DNA from: Somniosus microcephalus
Taxonomy: Eukaryota
Length of the DNA: 64,000 nucleotides
Direction: 5' to 3'
Assembly: GCA_052327205.1 (NCBI GenBank)
Contig: CM126203.1
Span: forward strand, 42,842,001 to 42,906,000
The notes under the pieces were generated by a model. The model was not told the DNA's origin. It saw only the letters and a program-made list of their open reading frames with translations, and ran no database searches. Positions 23,569-36,740 of this stretch are shown here, piece after piece (position 1 is the stretch's first letter; each line of letters starts with the position of its first letter). A program made the translations under genes and the position numbers.

Positions 23569-26500
23569 TGACATAAGAAAACTACGAAGCACTTGGTTTG
23601 AGTATAAAACAAGGCTTTAATCAACTGTTTCACAACCATGAGCTCTAGTTACATCACTAGTTCCTGGTTACAAAAACGTCCTGAGCAAGCTGGGCCCACG
23701 CCCGAGTATTTATACTTTCCTTGGACGGCGCCACCAGCTGGCCGCCCAGTGTTATCTCATGAGTCATTTCTACATGAATGGTAAGATTAATGACATTCTT
23801 CCCACCTGAAAGATTTGGAAGTCCCGCGACTTCCTTCTAGAGGATATAACGGACCATGAAGAGCCGCAGTCATTTCGATTTCTGTTTGTGGCTGGAAGGC
23901 ACATCTCCTTGGACCGTGTCTTGGTCCCTGGATCGCTTGATTCGTACAGGTAGGTTGACCGGGCCTGTGTCGCCTTGATCGATCTGAGGGGGACTGGGGA
24001 GATCATCACTCTGGGTACGGGTCCCCACAGGCGCAGAGCTGGCTTCATCTTGCTTGGTAGCTGGTGATTGTCCGGCGTCCTGGCTTCGGGTGGCCATCCC
24101 GTGGGGAGCGCTCTGCTCCCCGAGTTGATTCAGTGAAGTAGCCGGCAGATCCCTTGATGTCCCGGGTAGGGTGTCATCCTCAAAGGAGCGCAGAGTGTCA
24201 GCATCATTATTATGGATCCCTCTATCGGTGGGGTCCGTGGGACTGGTTGGACAGGGAGCCAGATCTCGGAGTGAAATGGTGGACTGCCGGCCATCAGGGT
24301 ACCGCACGTGCGCATATGTGGGATTAACGTCTGTTAGTTCCACCACGTCGATGGTATCATTCTTGGAAGAGCGAACGAATCTTCGGAGCAGCACAGGGCC
24401 GGGAGCTGCCAACCATGATGGTAGGGACGTCCCATGAGCGGTGCAACACTGGAACCCGAAGAATCGTTCGTGAGGAGTAACTTTGGTGGACATAGAAAGA
24501 AGAGACCTGATGGAATGCAACATGTCAGGGAGCACAGTTTCCCACTGCTGGTCTGGTAGATTGCGTGACCTCAGTGCAAGACAAACAGCGTTCCAAATGA
24601 TAGCGTTGTATCTCTCAACCTGTCCGTTACCGATGGGATGATACGATGTCATTTTACTTGTGGCGATTCCCCGTTGAGAAAGATAACTTTTGAGTTCGCT
24701 TGACATGAAGGAGGGACCCCGATCAGAGTGGATGAAATTGGCCGTACCGCAAAGGGGAAAGACCTGATCGAGGCATTTGATCACTGTGGAAGTAAGCATA
24801 TTGGTACAGGGGAAAGCAAAGGGAAAGCATGAATATTCGTCCACCATAGTAAGCAAGTAGGTGTTTCGCGTTAAGGAGGGCAATGGCCCTTTAAAGTCAA
24901 TACTGAGTCACTGCATAGCGTGTATGAGCGAGCCATCCGACGGACGGAAGAATTGCGGTTTAAATTCCGCGCAAATTCTACAAGTGGAACATGTTCTTTT
25001 CACGTCTTCCGTAGAAAATAGGAGATTTTTAGATCACACAAAGTGCAACATACGGGTAACGCCAGGATGGCATAAGTCAGTATGAAGATCCGCAAGAGTC
25101 GAAGTTGACATCGAAGAGCAGAATGCATGCGTGAGGGTATCCGGGGCCACATTCTTTTTGCCTGGTCGATAATGTATGGTGTAGCCAAAGGCAGCCAATT
25201 CCATCCTCCAGAGCTGTATTTTGTTATTCTTGATCTTATTGCGTTTCCGGTTATCCAGCATAAAGGCCACGGAGCGCTGATCGATTATAAGCGTGAAATG
25301 GCGACAAGCGAGAAAATGACTCCATTTACGTACTGCTTCGATGATAGCCATAGCCTCCTCGGAGGAGGATAATGGAGCTTGCTACCCTGCAAAGTTCTGG
25401 ACAGAAATGCAACGGGTCAACCACCTTGATTCAAGGTAGCCGAGGTCGCCACCTCCGATGCATCGCACTCGCCCACGAAAGGGAAATTTTCATTGATGGA
25501 ACGAAGCGTGGCCTTTTCCAGTTGTCGCTTGAGGAGGTTAAAAGCTGAAATAACCGTTGCCTCCAACGGAAATGACTTCGCGTGAAGCAGGGGCTGGACC
25601 TTGTCGGAGAAGTGGGGTATCCACTTCGTATAATAGGTGAACATGCCGAGTGCCCGACGAATAGAGCCGAGATTCGTAGGGGGAGCGAGCTCCTGAAGTG
25701 GACGAAGTCGCTCCGGATTCAGTTTGATGACACCATTGCCCACCCAGTAGCCAAGAATGTTGACTGATGGTACTCATTTCACAGATTTGGACTCATTTAA
25801 GGTTAAGTTGCGACGACGGAGAACGTCAAAAAATTTCTGGAGGTTGGCATCATGCTCCTTCTGGTTATGACCAGCAATGGTGATATTATCCAGATATGGA
25901 AAAGTGTCCGTTAAGTTCTCCTGTTTGACTAGGCTATCCATTGCCCATTGAAAGATGGCCACCCCATTGGTGACCCCAACTGGAAGGAGACAAAACTGGT
26001 AAAGCCGATCATTGGCCTCAAAGGCCGTATACTTTTTGTCAGAGTCTTTTAATGGTACTTGATGGTACGTGCTCTTTAAGTCAAAAGTTGAAAATACCTT
26101 GTAGTTGGCAAGGTTATTGACCATGTCATCGATGCGTGGTAGTGGGTAGGCATCCAGGTCGGTATACTGGTTAATAGTTTGTGAGTAATCGATGCAAAGA
26201 TGTTTCATGTGTTGCTTCAGACGATTTTTAACAATGACGACTTGAGCCAGCCAGGGAGATGAACATGGCTCAATGATACCGTCAGCTAGAAGGCGAGAGA
26301 TCTCTGCCTCATTGAAGGATAGATCATCTTGGCTGAAACGTCGTGATTTAGTGACTATGGGCTTACATCGAGGGGAAAGATTGGCAAACAAGGAGGGCTC
26401 GTCGAACGAAGTCGCCGAAAGCGCACAAACCGGTACTTTGGAAACAGTAAGCTCCGGCTTTGACCCTCCAAACTCGAAAGTGAGTCTTTTGTGTTGTTTC

Positions 26501-28341
26501 TGGAAATCCTGTCCCAGGAGCACATCACTGCATAGGTTTTTGAGCACCCCGAGCCGGGTGGAGAAATATGTGTGGCCATTGAGAATAAGGTCAACAAGAC
26601 AAAAGCCGGAAGAGTTGGTGGTCAATGTCGTCAGAGCCATTGCAATTTCCCTGTCCGAGGGGTAAATACGCAGTTTTAACTTACTGACAGCCCACTCACT
26701 AATGAAGCTGTCAGAGCTGCATAGTCGATTAGTGCACTTAAAATGTGTCAATTTACCGAAACCTTCGTGGCTGCATGGGACAGACTTTGGGGAAAAACAG
26801 CTGTGATGGGAGGAGGAGCAGTTTTACCCTTGACAGCTGTAACCTTAGTAGTGGATCTTGGGGGCGGAGCAGTTTTATAGATAGTAGCTGCAAAACTAAC
26901 AGGGGCTTTTGACCGGTATACCTTAGAAAAGTGGCCTTTCTTACTAACAGAGGCTCTTGACTGGCATACTTTAGAAAAGTGACCTTTCTTACTGCAATGA
27001 TTGCAGGTTGCGTTAGGAGCAGGACAAAATTTCCTGTAGTGGAATGTACCTCCATAGAAGAAACACTTCCTTCCAGATTGCCAAGATGCCGCTAGGGCAG
27101 GGTTATCATCAGTGAAGGCTTCTAGGGTAGGGTTGTCATCAGCTAGGTGATGCGCTATCAACAATACCAAAGACTACGAGATGGACTTAAATGAAGTAGG
27201 CTTTTATTGACTAAGAACTAGAGCATGCCTCTGCTAGTGAATCCATCCTAAGAGCTCTCGGGGGAAGGGTGGTGAGTCACCTTTATACCCAGGCTTAGGG
27301 GTGGAGCCAGGGGCTGAGACATGCCTGGACTTGTACAGGGTTAACAGTGGTTTACCACACAGGCATGTACAGGTTAACAGTGGTTTACCACACTAGGTTA
27401 GAGTCATCATCAGTGAGGGCTTCCACCTGATGCCTATCGAAGGAGTCACTAAAAGTGATAGCAGCAGCCCATGCACGTGGTAAAAGATAGGTATCTGCAT
27501 TCCTTTTTGCTAAGTCCAGAGAACATGCCTGGTCATAGGCAGCCTGTAACTCGAGGGTTTTATTCTCCAACAGACGCTGGCGTACGAAGGGAGACGCAAT
27601 CCCATTAATAAAGGAATCACGAATTAACTCCTTCTGGTACTGCTCAGCTGTGACAGCTTTAAGATTACAATCCTTGCTGAGCCTGCGAAACTTTGAAGGA
27701 ATTCGTTAAGTGATTCCCCGGGTTGTTGTCGAGTTGTGGCCAGTAGATGCCGAGCAAAAATTTTGTTTGGAGCCTTAACACATAGTCGCTGTAATATTAG
27801 GATAGTGGAGTCATAGTCTACACAGTCTTTGATATAGTCAAACACATGAGGAGATACATAATTGGCAAGTATCTCTAATTTATCAGGAACATTCTCACCA
27901 CACACCCTGAGGAAGTTGCTGAAGGTGCGATACCAGTGTTTCCATACCTTAGCTGTTGTAGGTGAATTCGGGTCCTGGTCAAGATGGGCAGGTCTGAGTA
28001 GTTTGTCCATGATGGATTGATTACTACGTCGGAGTTCCCTTCTACAGTTGAAGTCGTAGCTGGCTGTTCCCGAAATCACTCAGAGCGTGGAGCCGATACA
28101 CAGTTGATTAAATTGGCGTAAGAAAACTACTGAGCACTTGGTTTGAGTATAAAACAAGGCTTTAATCAACTGTTTCACAACCATGAGTTTCTAGTTACAT
28201 CACTAGTTCCTGGTTACAAAAATGTCCTGAGCAAGCTGGGCCCATGCCCGAGTATTTATACTTTCCTTGGACGGCGCCACTAGCTGGCCGCCCAGTGTTA
28301 TCTCATGAGTCATTTCTACATGAATGGTAAGATTCATGACA
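23569..28341 (-). mobile_element. Full-length Gypsy LTR retrotransposon (second lineage), decayed, inserted in CR1 ORF2
   Basis: LTRs 23569-23795 and 28114-28341 (TG..CA); 5-bp TSD AGTAT; PPT AGGTGGGAAGAA. gag MDKLLRP..WKHW with CNHCSKKGHFSKVC knuckle; RT YPLPRID/YLDNI; RNase H ECDAS; integrase HSDRGPSF/GQVERYN. Confidence 0.95.
27148..27392 (-). mobile_element. Solo LTR of another LTR family inserted in gag
   Basis: TG...CA ends; TSD CTAGG (27143-27147, 27393-27397). Removing it restores gag frame DDDSNLADDNPTL. Short internal duplication near the right end. Confidence 0.88.
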
Positions 28342-29752
28342 AGTATATTAAGGGCAAGAGGACAACCAGGGAAAGAGTAGGGCCCATCAGGGACCAAAGT
28401 GGCAATCTGTGTGTAGAGCCGGACGATGTAGGTGAGGTTTTAAATGAATATTTTGCATCTGTGTTCACTATGGAGAAGGACAAAGTAGGCATAGAAATCA
28501 GGCAGGGGGATTGTGATATACTTAAACAAATTAGCATTGAGAGGGAGGAGGTACTAGCGGTTTTAGCGGGCTTAAGAGTGGATAAATCCCCAGGCCCAGA
28601 TGAAATGTATCCCAGGCTGCTGTGTGAGGCAAGGGAGGAGATTGCAGGGGCTCTGACACAAATTTTCAGAACCTCTCTGGCCACAGGGGAGGTGCCAGAG
28701 GACTGGAGGACAGCTAACGTAGTACCATTATTCAAGAAGTGTAGTAGGGATAAACCAGGGAATTACAGGCCAGTGAGCCTAACATCAGTGGTAGGGAAAT
28801 TATTGGAAAAATTCTGAGGGACAGAATTAGTCTCCACTTGGAGAGGCAAGGATTAACCAAGAATAGTCAGCATAGCTTTGTCAGGTGGAGATCATGTCTA
28901 ACCAATTTGATTGAATTTTTCGAGGGGGTGACTAGGTGTGTGGATGAGAGTAGTGCAGTCGATGTAGTCTACATGGACTTCAGTAAGGCTTTTGACAAAG
29001 TCCCGCATGGGAGACTGGTCAAGAAGGTAAGAGCCCATGGGATCCAGGGCAATTTGGCACATTGGATCCAAAATTGGCTTAGTGGCAGGAGGCAGAGGGT
29101 GATGGTCAAAGGTTGTTTTTGTGACTGGAAGCCTGTGTCCAGTGGTATACCGCAGGGATCGGTGCTGGGTCCTTTGCTGTTTGTAGTGTACATTAATGAT
29201 TTAGATATGAATGTAGGAGGTATGACCAGTAAGTTCGCAGATGACACGAAAATTGGTGGAGCGGTAAGTAGTGAGGAGGGAAGCCTCAGGCTACAGGACA
29301 ATATAGATGGGTTGGTCAGATGGGCAGAACAGTGGCAAATGGAATTTAACCCTGAAAAGTGTGAGATGATGCATTTTGGGAGGAATAACAAGGCAAGGGA
29401 ATACACAATGAATGGTAGGACCCTAGGAAGGACAGAGGATCAGAGAGACCTTGGTGTGCATGTACATAGACCCCTGAAGGCAGCAGGACAGGTAGATAAG
29501 GTGGTTAAAAAAGCATATGGGATACTTGCCTTCATTAGCTGAGGCATAGAATATAAGAGCAGGGAGGTTTTGATGGAGCTGTACAAAACGCTAGTTAGGC
29601 CGCAGCTGGAATACTGTGTGCAGTTCTGGTCGCCTCACTATAGGAAGGATGTGATTTCATTGGAGAGGGTGCAGAGGAGCTTCATCAGGATGTTACCTGG
29701 GCTGGAGCGCTTCAGCTCTGAGGAGAGACTGGACAGGCTGGTGTTGTTTTCC

Positions 29753-30361
29753 TCTGTGAAGCTGTCAAACACTGACATTCTCTTGAGTTTGATTCGTTTT
29801 TGTGGTGAGGACTGAAAAAACATTGTAAAAAAGTAAATTTCAGATGTCTGATGGATCGGAGGGTCCATCAGCCATTACCTGAAATTGACAAAGTGGATGT
29901 CCGCTCTCCCGATCCAGCACAGCTAAAGGCTACAGAAGTAAAAAAAGGTAAGTGAACACTTTTTTAAACTTATCAGTCACCTTGCATACTTACCACTCCA
30001 CACTTGCACCCATCACTCACCTCTACACCTTACTTCCAGGTGCCTCCGACCGCCGCAGACCTCTCCACGTCTCTTCCAATCCGGCGGGGTTCTCCGAGGT
30101 CGGGAATCCTTCACCTGTGAAGGTAAAATGACACTAATCCCTTTTTCTGCCTGTTAGCTACCTGTTAACAGGCAGTTAAAAGGATTAAAAGCCTTTCCCG
30201 CCTCCAGGAGACGGGACCCGAAGCTGCACCTCTTCCCGCTTCCTGGCAAAAGGGCACGGAGGCGGGATGGGGGCGGGTTTGCCACCCGCCCCCAATTTCT
30301 CCGATTTTACGTGCTGTCCCGCCTCCATGCCCGCCTCCTCGGGGCTTAGAAAATCGAGCCC
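29753..30361 (-). mobile_element. Truncated Harbinger-type MITE (family of 37926-38768 and 58206-59029)
   Basis: Reverse-complement similarity to 58206-58815; one terminus AAAATCGAGCCC. Confidence 0.75.
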
Positions 30362-31599
30362 TATGACTCTATGAAAAAGTCTTAGCTACAATACGCTTTC
30401 CACTCAGTGGTGTCTAAGAGGATTGCAACCTCCAACTTCATCTTTGATATGAGCTTTACAGTAACTTTCATTTTTTAAAGCTCGATTTCTGGAGAGAAAG
30501 CTACTCTTAAACTCTTCAGAAATTAAATTATTAAAAGGAATGCTAGCAACAGTTTCATATTCGACTACAATCTTCAGTACTGGTGATTGGGACTCAGTGC
30601 TGCTGGTATCAGTTCCTGCTGTTCGAAACTTTCACCCCAAGCACCTTTACCTCAACAAAAATGAAATATTGAAAATTGTAAAATGCCTTGTCATATTGTT
30701 GTAATGTCTCCACTTCATACAATGATTTACTTTTGATATGCAGTGACTGTTATTTTGTAGCAAAGCCATGAATCATCTTTAGCTTTTCAATCCCTTTAGT
30801 CTCAGGCCTTAACAGCTTAAAATGCTCATTTTAAATTCAGAATTGCAATCTATCAAATGCATGAATTTTGTTAATTCTTGTCTGGGACACCAGGTGGCAG
30901 ATCATAGCAACTAAAGGATTGGCTCAATACAGACCAGTGATGTGAAGCAACTGAATGTAAACTTGAGAATCACAAGCTACAACACTATGCACATGACAAT
31001 TGCAATTTATTATTCATCACAGGATATCTGTAAAGGTGATTTTGTTGTTACTTAAATTATTAAGTACCTCATATAAAGATACCGCACTGCCTAGACATTA
31101 ATTTCAAGTGTATGAGATGGCAGGGCTGCCAGTTGGTTCCTAGGACACCGTGGCAGGGCCAGCAGCCAGAAGCCATGCAAGAGCAGCCCAGAGGTGATTT
31201 CTGATCCATCCAACACCTCCTCTCAGCAATTGAGATTGGAAAGACAACAGAACAGGCAATTGAACCAGCATTGCTCCATTCCGTGGTACCATATGTTGGC
31301 ACTAAAAAGCACTGTGCTCCTATCTGTACATGCATTTTTAGTCCATTTTCTCATGCATGCAATCATTAACCAGCTGTTCTAAAGTTTCTGCTAATGCAGA
31401 CTATTACAGGTAACTGAGGGCCAAGCAGGAAATCACTCTTCAGGTTTCCTGCTACACCTACAACTTCTCAGCAATTTGGAACAGAGAGAAGGCCCTGAAG
31501 AGAGTGCCCGGGGTCAGTGGAGTGAGATGGGCCTGGAATATCTGTGGGAGTTCGCCTAATTTCTCCCATAATTTTTGTGCAAGATCGGCACACCACCTG

Positions 31600-32434
31600 G
31601 AGAAACAGCGCTATTTACACCTCCTCTTCCTCCTCCTCCTCATCACCCTCCTCCTTCACGATGACCACCTTGACTGACCTGTGTGAAAAAAAACCCAGAG
31701 GGTTAGAATGGCTGCCTTTGTCAGTGCTGAGAAGCCCCACATAGTTTGGATGCCTGGTTCCCTGTCCTGTCCTGGAGTATTGAGAAATAGCAAGTGGACA
31801 GGTACTCACCTGGTTCGGAACACTCTCCCCCTCCCCCCACCTCAGCCTCCGCCATGGCCACAGTGGTGTGATAGCTCAGCAGCTTCACCGCCTTCTCCTC
31901 AAGGGGGTTCAGAGCACAGAGGTTTGAGTCGTTTTCCTGCCCCTCCACCCCCACACGCACACTCTTTGCCCTGTCCTGGGCATTCTGACCCTGTAGAGAC
32001 AAAAAGAGTGAAAGATTAGGCTTGGAGTTATTTGAATGAGTGGAACAATTGAAGGAGTTACTAGTCCGCATCTTTCCAGAGGTTTTTGCTGAAAGGTCAC
32101 TGATCAACTAGTTTCACCTCAGACTTGAGTGTGGTGCCCACAGTGGACAAGGGAGAAAGGGAGAGTATGCTGAGTGTTTTACCTTCCCTGCTCTGTTCCT
32201 GTCATTGAATTTCCTGCGGCACTGCTCTGCCGTCCTGCGCACTATAGCTGTGACACTCAGTGCCTCTGCCACCTCTGTCCACGCCCGCCCCCTGACCGCA
32301 TGTGAGGACTGGGATGGGGAGGAGCTGAAGAGCCGGTCATGCCTTTCTTCTATCACCTCCAGGAGGGCCTGCAGATCTGCATCAGCAAAGAGAAAGGCCT
32401 TCTTCCTGGCAGCCTTCTTCTGTGAATCAGTCAT
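31600..32434 (-). pseudogene. Harbinger Myb/SANT-like gene remnant (3 exons)
   Basis: Exon 1 32434-32183 MTDSQKKAARKKAFLFADADLQALL...AWTEVA...QCRRKFND; exon 2 31990-31810. Intron phases 0 and 1 match the intact copy; the acidic exon 3 is out of frame. Confidence 0.75.
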
Positions 32435-33040
32435 CTGTGAGAAGGGGAAGATTTGAGGCGATTGAAACTCTCTAACAGAGCAATTTAAATGAATTAATTT
32501 AAAAATCTTTATGACAGAGAGCTGTCTGCCGCTTGCAATCCCCAGCCTCACACTGAAGGGAAACCTTTTTTTCTCCCACTTTTATAGTCCTCCAACCTAA
32601 CAACTTGAGGCCCCATTGGTTCTGTTCCAATTATGTTTAAACTGCACTGGACAATTACACTGATTTACACCATTTTATGGTCGGGTGTATTCTAATGTGA
32701 TTGGCAGGATATTTGAGCGTAACTTGACATCGGACAAATGGGCACATTTTCAGGTTCAACTTCTAGGACTGCCCACAGAGGAAATTCCGGGCTAAGCAGG
32801 ATGCCACTCAGTTACTCCTACTAATGTCCTCCTGCCTCATCCAGGACTAAGGCTAAATTGTTTGTCCAATGTTGTCTTTCCCATTCGGTGGTACCACCTT
32901 TCTATTTCCTTCTCCCTTCTCTTTGTTCCTCTTTTGGTCATCTGTCCTGACATCTCCTGCTGTGGCTCAGAGTCCAGAATGTTTTTCTTGATATTGCTGT
33001 TGTTAAGCGCCTTGGGACATTTTGCTACGTTAAAGGCACT

Positions 33041-33740
33041 GGCCTAGAAATTGAGTGGGGTTAGCGCCCAATTAGCGGCGCTGGAGGGCATTGCGCTGGA
33101 ATTATAGCCGTTTCTGAAATTGACTTGGGCCTTACCATCGGCGTTAGCCGGTAGCGCTGCGCCGGCACCGATGACGTCATCGGTGTGCGCAGCGTCCCGG
33201 TTGCCGTGGTAACCCGGCCCCAAGCCCAAATTCAGTTGCGCCCGCCTCGCCCGTGGCAGGCGCAACCAACAATTGTGGAAAGGGTTCTTACACGCCTTTG
33301 CGCCGGCGCATAAAGGTGAAGCAGCAGCCGGCCGCGTTCCCGGCGGCCGCCTGCCCGCACCTCCCTTCCCGGACTCCTGCATCACCCCCCCCCCGCGGCC
33401 CTGATGTGTGTGTGCTGCGAGCCCGGCACTTCCCCGAGGTGCCGGGCTCAGATGTCGGGGGAATCCGCCGGTCAGTTGTCGGCTGCAGGCAGCTCCTCCT
33501 TAACAGAAGGAGGAGGCCTGCAGTTCCCCAGCCTGCCGCACCGCATCGGGTGCCGCAGCGGGGGATTAGCGCCGGAAAACCCAATTGAACGCCCGTTTAG
33601 AGGCGCTAACACCCTCCTTTAGCGCCCGCCGCCGTCTGGGCCCGGCGCAACCGAATTTTCGTCGGGCGCTGCCGCATTAACGCTGGCGCAAAATTTCTGG
33701 CGCTACAGCCCTGGCGAACCCACAACCCAATTTCTAGGGC
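33041..33740. mobile_element. Harbinger MITE with TIRs matching the autonomous copy
   Basis: GGCCTAGAAATTG...CAATTTCTAGGGC; TSD ACT; inserted in an L2-type tail (TAAAGGC|ACTATATAAACGCAAGTTGTTG). Confidence 0.88.
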
Positions 33741-34704
33741 ACTATATAAACGCAAGTTGTTGTTGTTCCCCGTTGTGACTACATTTTCTTTCCATTTAGT
33801 TCTTTTCCATTCTTTAAAAAAATACACCATTTATTAGTTGGGGAAAAGGGGTGGTGGGGGGTGTTCAAACACCAGAAATATTTCCTACCAGAAGATTTAT
33901 AAGGATGGAACTTAATGTGCTTGTACTATGTTCCTGTGGGTGCTATTTTTACACAGGCATTAGCTCATTTATACTTTGCTCAAAATAGGGAATTGATAAA
34001 TTGTTACACCACTAACAAAGGTTTCAAAATGAATCGCTGGCGCAAAGTGCAAAGTAGTAAGTGGACCATAAAATTCCACAGCACTAGCATTAGCACTGAT
34101 GCCGTCATCCTTCTGGTTCTATTACAGCATTCCGACCATTCCCTGGAGCAGTGTGAGTGGACAGTGCCAGGTTATACTATTCGCATATATCACCCTTTAA
34201 ACTGGGAAATCAGGGCTCTACACACATGTACTTGAACACTGTACAGCATTCTGCTCACTAACCTCCAGCTGAGAGTCATTTTGTTTCAAAAGATAGAAAA
34301 GAGCTGATTTCTATGTGCTGTATTATTCTATGATTCTATGATTCTCATCCCCAGAATGTAAGATTCTAGCTAACGCCTTGTCTTCTTAGTTTAAGATTCT
34401 GGCTAACTTATCAATAGACACATGCTGTACCTACTATACTAGTTAACCCATGGTGATTTATGCTCATAATCAAGTTATCCTAACATAAGTAAATGTTCTA
34501 CTATTATCCCTGAAACCTACACAGTACAGCTACTTCTGATTCTATTGGAAGACAACCCAGGGTGTAGCCATATGGACCCAATCCTACTACTGAGCCAGGC
34601 TTCTGCCGGTTTGCATATTCATGTAACAGTAAGACATTAGCAAGAAGGCCAGTTCGCCATCCATCATGAGCAAGTGGCTCTCTATCACCATTGACATTAT
34701 CAGC

Positions 34705-34915
34705 ATAAAACTCTGCTGCCCATATCCTAACTCGCACCAAGTCCCGTTCACCCATCGCCCCTGTGCTCACTAAGATACATTGGGCTCCTGATCCGGCAAA
34801 GCCTCAATTTTAAAATTCTCGCCCTTGTTTTCAAATCCCTCCATGGCATTGCTCCTCCCTATCTCTGTAACCTCCTCCAGCCCTACAACCCTCTGAGGTC
34901 TCTGCACTCCTCCAC
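34705..34915 (+). mobile_element. L2-type LINE 3' fragment
   Basis: AAAACTCTGCTGCCCATAT...CCCTGTG matches 6139-6240. Confidence 0.65.
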
Positions 34916-36062
34916 TTTGTACGATGCTGTAAAAGGGGCAATAGCGAGTCCGCAGCTCGATTTTTATTTCCATTGACTTCATTGGCTCCACCAAACAAAT
35001 AAATTAAAGAAAGTTGGCAATGATGGGGATAAATGAATTAAATCAACTGGGGAGAAAGTTGACTAAATCAACTAAATCAAGATGAAATAAATTGAAAGGC
35101 CCCTTACACATCAGCGACATTAATTAAATAAAGACCTGGGCTTCAGTCAACAAGATCAATTAAAGATCGGGGCTTCACTGGGGGAAATTAATTAAATGAG
35201 ACCGATCTGCACGGATGGGGAGAAGCAATGCTGGCAACTGGCTTTTCCCTCTGGTTATTACAGGGGTATCAGAGACATTAGAAGTGAGGGGCAGGGCTGC
35301 AGTACTGCAAGGCCAGTGAGGCAGGTGGGCAGACTGGCCGGTGAGTGATCGAGCGAAGGCAGCTAAGTGTCAGCAGGCACAATGGCCCAGCGGATGGGGT
35401 GGCCATTTAACAGCTGCAGGAAGATAGACATAGCAGAAGTGGCAATATTGCCGCTGAACAGAAGGGACTGGCAGAGGGAGTGAGCCCCAGGAGCTGGACC
35501 CACACTACTCAGCATAAACAGGAGTTGGGGGGGGGGGACACACGGAAACACAGATTTCTGTAGAGCCTGAGTTGTGTACAACTGACTTACCTTTACATAC
35601 CTTCAGCGCAATATCTGCCATTCTCTGACACATGACCTACTACAGGACCACCCTGTGGTGCATGTTAATTATGGCAGCTAGAACTGACATAAAGAACTCA
35701 AATTCAGTTGCTTGTTGGTCGCGCAATGTTAGATGGCGTAACATTACATTCATAGCACCACCTAAAGGTGAAATTCGATTAGCATTCTGGGACCACTGAG
35801 CGTTTTTAATATATAATAGACATATTAGGTGCACACATTTGGGTAGAATTCTATTCTATTTTAGAGACTATTCTGTCTTTTGGCACCTGTTTCTGTTCTG
35901 TGAAATGTCGCATGCCATAAAATGGATACATCACATTGCCATTAACTTGGATATAACATCACACCAACATTAAAATGGACACATCACACTGCCATTAACA
36001 TGGATACATCACATCTCCATTAATATTCAAACAAGGCAATGACAGGGCATTTACTGAACAAT

Positions 36063-36740
36063 GGCCCAGATTTTCTGTCAGCGGTGAAGGAACGGTGCTC
36101 ACTATTGACCTTGAAAAAGCTGCCCACAATTTTTAATGGGCTCCAGAGTGCTCTTTTCGACAACAGTTTGAATTTGGCATCTTCTACGGGGAATCTATGG
36201 TGTCCAGCAACAGGCAAGCAGGAGGCAGGCTGATGAGCCAATCAAATTGAAGAATTCTCACAGATGGCAAACCAGGAAGTAAAAAGCAAGGAATATAAAT
36301 CACATTTAAATCATTGTACAGAATGCAAAATAAAGATTGGGACATACACATGGGATTAAGGGAGAAACTTAAATATCAGAACAAACTTATAAAATTATTT
36401 TTATTTTTAAATGTTCTTCTGAGGGAATGAGACTCCACACTTATAAAATTAGTTGTTTAGGACCAGAGAGGTTGTTAAGCTGTAATTATGACTTAGTACG
36501 CCATTAAAAACTCAGTTACCCCTGCTTGAACAAGTCTTAACTCTTTCTTACAGCGAGAATAGTGGCTAAATAGTTTAAGTTCATGACAAATCAGTGATTT
36601 CTATTTTGATTCCATTTGCGAAGACTGCAACAGAACACCCTGTGGAGGAGCAGGATATCACTGACAGCAACTCCCAGATTTCTGCGTTTAACTGCGCATG
36701 TGTGGACGCCAGAAGTTGCTGTCAGTTTTACCCAGTGAAA
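36063..36740. mobile_element. Truncated non-autonomous TIR element (family of 7262-8968)
   Basis: Starts GGCCCAGATTTT; shares GGAATGAGACTCCACAC and other blocks with the family. Confidence 0.6.

Larger units (their letters stand above)
16444..29752 (+). mobile_element. Near full-length CR1 LINE (5' array, ORF1, ORF2) hosting nested insertions
   Basis: ORF1 ATG at 19144 (MSGDLSPMRCMACSMWE zinc finger), resuming at 21481; esterase-like VHIGTND and DGLHLN. ORF2 endonuclease 22480-23568 and RT 28342-29752 (DFSKAFDKV, PQGSVLGP, FADD). Multiple stops. Confidence 0.9.
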
